Of a stretch of DNA of 64,000 nt, positions 27,101 to 39,100 are shown piece after piece. The DNA is from Perna viridis. Its lineage: Eukaryota. How positions within the stretch are numbered: position 1 is the first letter of the stretch; each line of letters opens with the position of its first letter. Below the pieces are notes generated by a model. It ran no database searches. It was given only the letters and a program-made list of their open reading frames with translations, and had not been told where the DNA came from. Made by a program: the position numbers and the translations under genes. The stretch lies in NCBI GenBank assembly GCA_037379345.1, contig CM074514.1, positions 19,344,001 through 19,408,000 of the forward strand, in the 5' to 3' direction.

Positions 27101-30100
27101 AGAATGAAAAAATCCTTATCAATGAATAGAAATTAGCCTTCCATTTGCCTTGAGACTACTTCTTTCAGCTGTGGGTTCTTGTTTAGCATCTTGTATAGAT
27201 ATGTTTTAAATGGAGAGTTTGCATGTTGATTAATGTTATCTTCTATCCCAGGGAAGACCTCTATATGTATCACTTGCATTTTAGTAGAAAACAGATCCAT
27301 CAAGGAGTTTGTTTGTTTGTTTGTTGGGGTTTAACGTCCGAGCAGCAATATTTCAGCTATATTCAGACAACCATCAAGGAGTCCTGTGCCATGTAACAAA
27401 TTTCAAAAATGAGCAAACAATAGCCTGGAACCACCCATCCCCTTTTCTAATGTGTGAATTGGCACACACACACACACACACACACTTTCTACTTTATAGG
27501 GTAATTTTTAAGTTATACTTAGTTTATTACCAGAATGTAGAAAATAAAGCTATAACTTAATTTGGAGGCTTTTACCAACTCTGTCCTGGCTTAGTTAAAA
27601 TCCTGGTGTAGTTATTTCAATCAAATGTTTGCATTCAAAATACATAGATTATGTATTACTGGCCAAGAACATGCAAGGCTATAGCTCACTCTAAAATGAT
27701 GAACTGTCAGTATAGGACATTTACCCTAATGGAACATCAAATATATATTACTGGTGGTATCTAGCCAAAGGGTACATTAGACCTATACTAGTACTATTGG
27801 TGATTTCCATTATATGGTTTGTTCCAGTTGAACCTTAAATTTGTGTACCATTATTGGTTCGTACCAAATGTTTTGTCTCAGACGACAAACCAGGCGAACT
27901 GGAGGTAGAATTAAAGAAAGTTGGTTCGTACTGTTAATGCAAAAGAAGCCTAGTTTCTCAACCCAAATCTTAAAGACCTCTTCTCTTCTTGGTATATCAG
28001 AAATAAATTAGTAACTAGATTTCATAACTAATTCTTGAAGACCTCTTGGTACATCAAAAAAATATATATTAGTACCCTAGCCTACCCAGTAAACACTAAG
28101 TACCAGTACCTAGATTTCTTAGCCATCTGAGGAAGACCCCATGGAGTACCAAAAATATATCAGTCCTTAAATTCCATGCTTAGTCTTGAAGACCTCTTGG
28201 TACATCAGCAAATAATTATGTATTAGTGCCTATGTTCCTAGCCAAATCAGAAAGACCCCATCCCATAGCATATCAGTTCTGATATTAGTGCCTAGGTTCC
28301 TAGCCAAATCAGAAAGACCCCATCCCATAGCATATCAGTTCTGATATTAGTGCCTATGTTCCTAGCCAAATCAGAAAGACCCCATCCCATAGCATATCAG
28401 TTCTGATATTAGTGCCTAGGTTCCTAGCCAAATCAGAAAGACCCCATCCCATAGCATATCAGTTCTGATATTAGTGCCTAGGTTCCTAGCCAAATCAGAA
28501 AGACCCCATCCCATAGCATATCAGTTCTGATATTAGTGCCTAGGTTCCTAGCCAAATCAGAAAGACCCCATCCCATAGCATATCATTTCTGATACTTAGC
28601 CCACTTAGGCAATTCGCTTCAGTAATTTAGTAGAAATGTCTGTTTTGCTTGTGACTATACTGAGTTACAGCAACTTGGTAGAAATGTCCATTTATTTGTT
28701 ACTATCTTCAGTAATTCATTCCAATGTCAGACATTGTGACTGTAAGACTCCATTGTAACGCTGTCAGTTACCATCGTTATACAGTGAAGGTAAAGATAGT
28801 GTTATTGATATATTGAAATTGCATGTAATACAAGTGTCAAAACTGCATTATTGTTGCTGTCAAATCAACTTGTATTTTAAAAGAATGAAATTAATGGGAT
28901 GTTTCCACAGATGTTATATGAACAAGCAATATTTTCGTCATCTGATAAACCTTCTTTGGTCAATAAACCGTTATAGATAGCATATAGTCTAGTCTTTACC
29001 ATTAAAGTTATTAACAGTACATATCTTGTTGATTACTGTTATTGACTTTGAATTTTTTTTAAAGTCAACATCTTAGGTAGATTTTACCCTGTAGTTAAGA
29101 ATCTTTGCATTGCTTAGAATTACATTTGAAGTTTCCAAGCTCAATCAACATGCAAAACTATGCAGTAATGAATGTGTCTACATGTATCAACCATACTCAG
29201 TACATTCATGTCAGAGAAAAAGAACAGAAGTCGAACATGACTTAAAATGATTAACATGCATGACTAGGATGAGTGAATGAAAACTTGTCAGCAAACTCAC
29301 TTTGTATCAAAGTCTTTTCCAATTGGATTAAGGCCATTTTCTCCATGTCTGTGAAACTTCTCAGTACATGTAAGATGTTCCAATTACTGTGATTTGCTAT
29401 GTCCATCAGTGATTGGCAGAATTAAGTAAGTTTTTGATGAATGCGATAATTCTGATTTGGCAGGCACCCATTGACCTGTGTTTATAACAATGAAGATAAT
29501 CTTGGTATGATTTAGTGGTTGATTTCACCTATATCTGTCATGGGTTATACATGTAATAATTACTGATGAAAGTCACAAGATTCTGTACAAAGTGTGGGAG
29601 TATTCCAAGGACATGCTGCTTATGGTGAAGCAGGCAATGACATGGTTCATAGGATTAATAGGAGTTCAGAAGAAAAATTCAAACAGTGGGGAAGTTGTCA
29701 AAAATTACATATTCTCGGGTAAAAAAAAGGATTATGAAAATGTTCTGTGGGACTAGTCATATCTTATTTTTTCTTGATAGTCTTCTTATTGACGTTCTTA
29801 AAGGCGTTTTGTGTTTAGTCTTCTGTTTCTTGTGAATTGGATTTATTTGGTCGTGGAACTTGTCATGTTTGTAGAAATGTCAATGTACAATAAATATCAA
29901 GATCGCCGAGCTTGGATGCTTACTTTGCCTAGAAAAAGGGTAAGTTCCGGATTTAGGTTTTGATAAATTGCCTGCTTTTCTACCACCAAAAATTTGAATT
30001 TCTAGTTCTTTCTTAATAGTTTTTCCCTTCAGTTGGTTTGATACCAAATGTGCTGCATGAAGAAATAGAAAAAAAAATGAATGTGGTGAAATGTTGAGGG

Positions 30101-33100
30101 TTTCTCAAGTTCCCTGAAAGTTTATTTGCATCTGGACAGCTTTCTTTCACAGTCTTGTGGTTGACCAACTTTTTTGAAGTAGTCTGTAATCCAATCTTTT
30201 TGCTCTCAGACATATGGTACTATCTTTCACTGATACCTTGGAAATTAATTACCAGAGTTGTACCAGTTAGTTCTGTTCAGGGTCAGTGGTAGAATTGCTA
30301 TTTGATGCACAATTGAAATGCAGTGTATAATTGTTTTGTACTTGGAGGGTGAAAAAAAATAACCACAACATTAGGTTTTTTTTCTAACCGATTTCACTGA
30401 GTAATCAGTTTTCATGGGAAGGGATTGTGTGTTTTTAGAAACTGTGCTTCTTATACCATTTGTTATATTCAATATTCTTTGTGCATTATACACAGCTTAT
30501 GTACAATGACAGGAGAAGAACAGGGAGAGTTAGGCTTTTGTTCTATGGTGATATAAATCACATCAATATTTCTGACTTCTGAGATCTTGATTTGGTTTAA
30601 TATGTTGTATCTTTAGAAATATATAACTCAAAATATTTCAAAAAGTTTTAAAATATAAATAATTCATTTTCCTATGGATTTTATATATTCAGGTAAGTAA
30701 AATTTCAGCTTAATTCAAAAGACAAGTTGTCTGCATGTTTTGGCAAATATTGATATTTATAGACTGTGTTGTATCCTTTTATTTATATTTATATAATTGG
30801 TGGTTTATAAAAGTCAAGTATTATTTACATTGATGTATCTAGAGGTTGGAAGGTCACTGAAAGTGATATACACTGTGTGATATGAATAAGATACCACCTG
30901 TTCTTTGTATATACTTGACTCTGTTTCCTCTTCTGGGTTATTCACCCTCATAAAACATATACAAACAATACTTTAACCTTCTGACATCATTACCATTTAG
31001 ATAACATTGAACTCTAATTTACAGTCATCATTTGCCAACGTCTGTTCTAAAAATATTAGATTCCTTGGTTCCAATAATATAACATATTCTGGTCCTCAGC
31101 AGTTTTGTAGTTCATTGGTAGTCTTATTAGAATATCAGGAAAAATACCAAAATACCAATCCAAGGAAAGTGTCAACAAGTCACCTATACTGTGCTTTGAA
31201 GACTTAATATTGCTTTTTAAAGTCAAAGAATTGTTTTAGCCCAGTTTCTGTATAGATTTACAGCTCTTAGTGAAATATGCAGAGAATTATGTAATATGGT
31301 GGAAACAGATGTTTTTATATACAAAGAAGGGAACTCACAGTATGTTGCGTATATAATATTCATTATAAACAAATAGATGAGAAATAAAAAAAGGTGTGAG
31401 GATAAAAATAAAAGAAACATATTTGATGTATTTTTTTTAAAGCTGAATGTTGAAAGTCTTGACATTGAACTGCCTTTGACTTCTATTTCTCCAGGTATCT
31501 TTTCCATGCAAGTACAAGTACATACATGTAAGGGTCATATTAAAGGGAGATACGATACTGTCTGTATCTTTTAACATAACAACAAAAAAGACTAATCTGA
31601 CTAAATGGAACAAATTCATATGATCATTTAATCAGGCAACATATGCTTTACAATTATTCCTCAGTGGTGATGTATTGTACAGCTCTGTGATAGAAACTTA
31701 TAATATAATACATAGCTAATAGTTTTCACTCTATTTCTAGATGTCCCCTTGATATTGATTCCAGCACCAGATCTTGTGTTTAAACATCCATTTACTAATT
31801 GGTTACAATATATCCATCATTCTATTAGCTGAATCAATACCCACTAATCACCAAACATCTGTCAGGAATTTTCTCTTTCAAAAGTAAATAAACATTTATT
31901 TTTACTCCAGATTAATTGATTATTTTAACCTTAATTATCTGACCCAATACACAGTTTTCACCAAGTACAGTTAATTAAAGTGGTTTTTAGGTTAAATTTG
32001 ATGTTTATTTAGATAATAGTGATTGATTTCAAATCAGCTTCAACTGAAACAGATATAAAGTGATTGATTTTAGTATCAAATGATGATTATTGATGTAATA
32101 TTGAAGGGGGGGGGGGGGGGACAGTTGATGTTTTGATAGATAGTATTGATTGTATCAGATGTATAATGATTAAGTAGCACTCAGCAAAATGTGATACATG
32201 GTTGGAAAGCCTACATATTTTTATTTTTGATATCTTGTTTAAAATGCTTTAGTAAACAGAAATTAACATTTGGTTTTTCATATAACCTGTGCTCATAGGA
32301 GATAAAAATTGTATAGAGTGCACTGTAGAATTTAAAAGTAAGGGAGATAACTCTGTAAATGACACTCAAATACAATAGAATCTGTTGGATTTTCAATGTT
32401 GATTATCTCCTAAGAGCAGGCAGATTTGAATGAATAATTACACATTTCATAATATAGACCCATAAAACAACTTAAATACAAGAATAAAAATATGTAGCCT
32501 TTTTTGGGGTGTATCATTTTTTAGATTTTGCATGATTCTTACAAAGACAGCTACTTAAACATTAAGTTCCCAGTCAAAAATGATTTTACTATAAAAATTG
32601 ATTCCTGAAACTTTTGAAGTGGTATTTTATTCTAGAAATGAATTGTCATTGATTTTATCCTAATTTTCAAACCCTGATTATATAGTCAACATTTACACAA
32701 AGCTATGCATTAGACCAAAGTCAGAAAGTAAACTATTTGATTTAAGCTGAGCAAAAACTTTTAGAAAAACAATATTTAGATGGAATGAATCATAATTTAC
32801 TCAAAGATTGATTTAATGTTGAAATTAATCATGATCAAACACATTTTATTTACATTGATTTTTTTCCCACAAATTCCATTTAAGCAACTAGGTACTAGTA
32901 CTTTAACAAGTACCATGGAATTTTAAGTATAATGCAAGTAAGCACAAATGATTACTTATGAGAATACTTGGTAAAATAGTGACAGACTATTGACATATCA
33001 TGTGAATACTGTTAGTTTTATTCCTTTTTGAATATTTCTTATATTAGTCATATGCAAAAATCCTAGGTACATAGTTCTGAAGAAAAAATGTGATTTCAAA

Positions 33101-36100
33101 GCAGTAATGAATCAACATTTCTGACAATAACCTTTTAAGTTTAGAAAAGGGATGTTTTACTGTTCTTTATATGTAAATGGATTGGTTTCTTATGTTGCAT
33201 TTGGTATGACCATTAAATATAATACATATATCTATATGTACACTCCCATGATACTTGTATCTATACATACACTTCCATGATATATGTATCTATACATACA
33301 CTTCCATGATACATGTATGACCATGGTTCCATTTGTATTTGTAACACTCAAATATTTCTACAAGGAGATATTAACATGAAACTTGTATGAAAGATTCTTT
33401 TATTCAGATACATAATCAGTGTTTGTGAAGGCAACTGCACATTATGTATGAAATTCCTGATGTGAGTGTTTTACTAGAACAAAGGAGGATGTATTTAGTA
33501 TGGTAATGAGGGCTCTGTTACAGAGAATTTATATTCCTGGGTAATTCCATCAATCATATCTCATAACTACCATAATAATCAGCAGGATCACCTTTGTGTA
33601 TTAGGGCTAACAGTATGGGGTCATTGTGTATTGCATGAAATGTTATATATTGTATTAAAGAGCTATATACTCATTCATAAATCATACTGGGCTGGCATCT
33701 GGTGTTAGGTCATGGCCAACCAAATTTGTTGCATTAAGTTCATGATATTTTGCCATCTATAATGAATGTTTTTTAATTGAAAAGCACAAGGGAGCATGAA
33801 ACTGGTATTTTGGTTGGCTGTTCTTAGACATTATAACTTTTTACAATGGCACTAGAAGATCTTTGTCATGTATAAATAGTACAGTCATAGTATACAAACC
33901 AAGCTTTAGGTTAGAAAAACTACATTCTATCCTCCCTTTAAAAATGCAAAACTTACAGATCAAATCAGGCTTTCAAATAATGGGAAATTTTCTCATTTCA
34001 AACTCTTACTGTTAGATAGATAGCCTGAGGCTCTGTCTGTTCTTGTGCTCAGAAGTTTTTTTAGAAACTCCATCTTAATGATTGGATTCTATTACCATAG
34101 GTACTGATGTATAGATAAGTTTGTGATCAGTATTCAGCCTGAATAAGCTTTGGTTAACATGATCTTTAGGCTTGTTACAAGATTATACTGGAAAACTTAT
34201 TAGTGATGTAGTAATTTACTCTTGATACCAGTTTATATGGCTTACCTACAGGCAAATCTTATGATTTGATGTTGCAGCCATTTTGTTTGTTACTTTGCCT
34301 GTGGAAAAATAATAACACTCAAACTCATGCTGTATTTATCAAAATATACAAATTGGCTTCACTAGTCTCGTTAGGTAAGTCAGTTGCGGATTCGGAGACC
34401 CTTGCACACAAGCTAATAACTGCTTTAATTGAAAATATTGTTTAGATATCATTATACAGGGACAGGTTAAGAGGCATACATAAAATGGAAGGCTGAGCAA
34501 AGCAGGTCAAGACAATTTTTGGGTAGAATATGTGTTAAATCAAGATTCATGCACAAAAAAATTGTTTTCCTAATTTTAGAAGGGGGCATATGTTGGGTTT
34601 ACCTCTCTATGAATCTGTGCATGTTATAAGTACAAACAGCAAGGAAAGGACAATGGCAAACTTTGACTGGTTACTAGTTGCTGAAGTATTCCATTGTATA
34701 TATTAAATTCTGTTTGATGGTATAGTAGGTTTATTTGTTTCACACTTGGTATTGTACAGGTGGTACTTATTACTCTCCATAAACATTCATTAGTATGGAG
34801 ATCAAGATTCTCTTAGTTAAGTACCTACATAATATCTATGATAGTGGGAGGTGCTCTATATATTTCATCTGACCTTCATGCCTGAGAAGTAATCCAGTCC
34901 ATTAAAAATGGTGTAATATAATTTTTCATATGCTGAATTGATAGTTATATGAAATTTATGAAATATAATAACAGCAATTAAGACTATGGAATGTTATTTT
35001 ATGACACATGAAACTGCCAACAAGTTCAGAAAAGAAGCCATGAAAAGAATTGTACATTTAAGATTCAAAGATCTTTATCTGTCAAGCTGAAAAGTTCATA
35101 TCCTATGCAATTATTGGGGATTGCCATACATTTAGATTATGTTACAACCACAATGAGATTATTGTCTGTATATAGTGGGCATTTGTCGCATTTCTCTTCA
35201 GACAGTTTCTTATTAGGTCTGATTGAATTGTTACTATTTCAATATCAGAATGACAAGAATCTTGTGTGGTCAATTACCGATATATGACAATCTGTTATAT
35301 TGGTAAACCTTTACCTTATTGTGTTTCAATACTTTGCTTTGTTTGTTACTTGTCTGTCTTCATTCCATGTAAGTTGATTTTCTAGATTCATTTTACAATT
35401 GACCTAAAATATAGTAAGAAGATGATTAAACTCCTTTGAAATTGTATTTGGTTTAACTTGCTCAACTCCTGAATAGAATTATCCAGTATAGTAACATTCA
35501 TGATCCATAGTCAATCCTGTAGTACATGTATTAACAAACTTCAGTTTACCCTGTTGCCACTATTACCTCTGTCTCTAAGGTCATATTTTAATACCTGCAT
35601 TTCTGAAGCATGCATCATGCAGTACTGTGGTCAAGTTCACTTTTACATTGTTTAAATTGCAAACATTGGCTATGTATAATTAGAAACAAAAGATTTCATC
35701 CTTTGATCACCATTCCCTAGGCACTTTAAATACATGACCTGAGTGCATGAAGCTATTTGTCAATAGTAATTGGCAATTAAACTTCTATCCCAGTATTATC
35801 TCTGTCCTGCATCATGTACAGATAAGAGGGAAGGTACACCTGTATAAACAGGTGTTAATAAGTACAGTGGAAGTGTAATTTCCCAAGGGCAATTAGATCC
35901 ACTGTAATGTCATTGGGGGGCCTGGGTAATCCACTATTATGTCATTTGGGGACCAGGGTTAGAAAATTAATGGTTTGTTAATTTTTCTTTACTTTTATGG
36001 CATTAAACCTGCGTATTGCTCCAGTGACATAAACCTGAGATTATTCAACTCTTGAAGTGTAGGAAATTTGTGACATCACCAATATTCTCAGACTATATCA

Positions 36101-39100
36101 AGGTCCTGGTCTATGGACTATTACTATTGGTTATGTTTCTCAGTGAATATAGTCCCGTATAGGTTGCAGGCCCATACTTATACTGGGTGGGACTTAATAT
36201 AATTTTGTGTCAGTTGCAGGCCCATACTTATGCTTGATTGGACTTAATACAGTTCCGTATCAGTTGCAGGCCCATACTTATGCTTGGTTGGACTTAATAC
36301 AGTTCCGTATCAGTTGCAGGCCCATACTTATGCTTGGTTGGACTTAATACAGTTCCGTATCAGTTGCAGGCCCATACTTATGCTTGGTTGGACTTAATAC
36401 AGTTCCGTATCAGTTGCAGGCCCATACTTATGCTGGGTGTGAGCGGTGTAATTGCACTCCCTTTGAAAACTAACAATTACTAGTAAACTCACCATCTTGG
36501 TTTAACTGATTTAACATTTAGGAAGAAAGACCCCTGGCTTTTTAAGTTAGCACCCCTTCAAAAATTGTGTCTACTTACCTGATGTTTCTGGAATATTAGA
36601 CAGGAGTTTGTTCATGGAATTTTTATATTAATTTTAGATAATGTACATTAACTATTGCCCTTGATCAAAGCTGTTGTATGTGTCCAGATTTTACTCTCAC
36701 TTATGTATTAATACTTAATACCAATGATACGGTTAATTTAAAATTACATATACATGTATTAGAAAGTCTGCGAAGTATTCTTTAGGTTGTAAGTATGACA
36801 AGTACTTGCAGACATACATACATAGAAATGTATATTGAACATAAGGTAAGTGATCCAGGAACTGTGTTCCACGAACTGTCTACATTTAGAACGAGAAATG
36901 AAGACAAGAGAAATTAGTCTTCTTCTGTTTCCTAATTTAACAGAACACTAATAGAACAAGACAGTTTTGGTGACGGAACTATATGTTTTTATTACATATA
37001 AATAGTCTCTGGTCTATAAACAATATCATGTTTCAGATAACTTATGTAATAGTAATGTTTTATAGATGACTATTTACAGAAGTAATCAACTGATAAAATC
37101 ATATCTTGCATTGCTTATGGATGTAAATTGCAAAAAATAACCACTGTATCAGTATTGGTAAAAAGATGCTGACACAGGACTTTATTATTTTAAATCTAAC
37201 TTGGGTAATTATTGGATTTTTGTCTCCTTACGAACACAGCATGATATCCTTCTGTTGAATAACATAGAATTTGCTTTATGTAATTAGAATGGAATATGTT
37301 GTCTTTATTTGCTGAGCCAGCTTATTGTAGCATGGTGCATTTGTGATCATTAAAATTCATAGAAATGGCTAAGTTTGTCTTAGAAAAATAATCCTATAAT
37401 CTCAAAAAAATTGACTCTAAGGTTTCTAACCCTGATGGTTGTTTACTGTTACAGTTTGTATCTGTGTACTTCACAAACAGTTGCCATTAAAGTTTGATCA
37501 CCTCCAGAGATTATGAATGGTTGTCATTGCAAGATTAACTTTAATTAATATATATTAAGTTTTTTGGCAGTAATGGAATTTGCCAATACTACTTAAAACC
37601 CATTGACTTAGTCAGTTTGTGTGGGCCTTTAAGTATGTATGTGTTTTTAGAAGATAGCTACAGTAGTTCTGTCAGTACTGTTATCTTCTTCTTTACATAT
37701 GGTTAGCAAGGCCAGATGTTAGCATCACCTGGCTCTTATCAATGGCTGTAGTCTACAGTTACAAAGTTAATGTACTGGAACTTGATAGAACATGCAGAAT
37801 TTGACATATTTATGATGTAATTTTTTTTTCACTGAAATGTTATTTTTACCTACTTTTTTTTTTTTTACAAAAGGAAGTTTAACTAATGAAGGTGCCAGAT
37901 GTATAACACTTAGTTGTAGTCTCTGACAGAGTTGTCATTTGTTTTACTAGAATATTTAGGCCATGTTCTAAATTAAGTATTAAGAATCATCTTAGAACTG
38001 ACTACTACATAGCTAATGTTTAACATCAGTCAGTCTTGAAAAAAAGTTAGTTGGCTAGATAGTAGTAATGTTGGTAAAAGCTTGTTTTTATTTATGTAAT
38101 GGATGGTACCCTTTACTAGAATACTTTCATCAGTAAAGGTTGAAGAATGAATTTGACATAGAAGTTGCTATTGTCAAGAGATTTGTAAAACCTCTTTATG
38201 GCATGCTTCACAGAAGTAAGTTCTATGGACATTCACAATTACATGGAATTTATATAATTTTGTTGTTAGACTTACCAACATGTACATGTATGTGTGGATT
38301 AATTTGCTTTTGGATAGTATTAGAATCTTGCTTTTCTATATTTGAACCTAACTTCCTAATTAGAAAACTTTATCCATTCATAAATCTCAGTGGTAATGTC
38401 AAACTCTGGATATAAAGAAATGTCAGTGACTATTGACAAGTTGTCCTCTTTCTAACTGGTACCTAACTAGTATATTGCATCCTGCTTTTCATCATTCAAA
38501 TGTTGTTGTGAGATTTAAATGTGATTTAAAAGCTTTCCTTTCAATTTATATTGACACAGTACATGAGTACTTTGATTGAAAACAATAAGAATAATATGCA
38601 AGCTTAGGAAAACCTTAAGTTCTTTGCCAGCTTACTAACCTTTAGAATGATAAATAAGTTGCTTTCTGATGATAATTGCAGATGGCATGATTTGGAATAG
38701 TCTGTTTTTACAGTTGAAATGTCCTCCTACACTGTCGGATAAAACCAACAAACTGGCATATCAAAACACACTTATATCTAATATTCATTGAGTCTTATGC
38801 CTTAAATTTCCTTTAAAGGCAGCTGGAGTGTTTTGAATGTCCTTCTACCTAATATTTATATTAGTCAAATTGATTTCTACAATGATAGTTCATTGAATGT
38901 ATATTTAAAATATTAAAGCTATATTGTTGTGGTTAAGTTTGATATGTTTCTTCAACTTTTAAGAGGTTGAGACAGTTTGACTGTATCATAGCTGTAGATA
39001 CTTGAACTAGGCTAGGATCAAATTTGACATAAAATGGCTGGATTTTCACGAAATAAAAAGCCTGGACAGGCCATCAGAAAAATAAAAAGGCAGGATCTAT

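Noticed and set aside
28221-28594. CRISPR-like appearance of the tandem arrays (also 24197, 36151, 42628, 61530)
   Set aside because: Head-to-tail units without unique spacers, eukaryotic intron context, no cas genes
32105-32120. Poly-G runs (also ~50420-50435) as G-quadruplex elements
   Set aside because: Simple homopolymers with no supporting context
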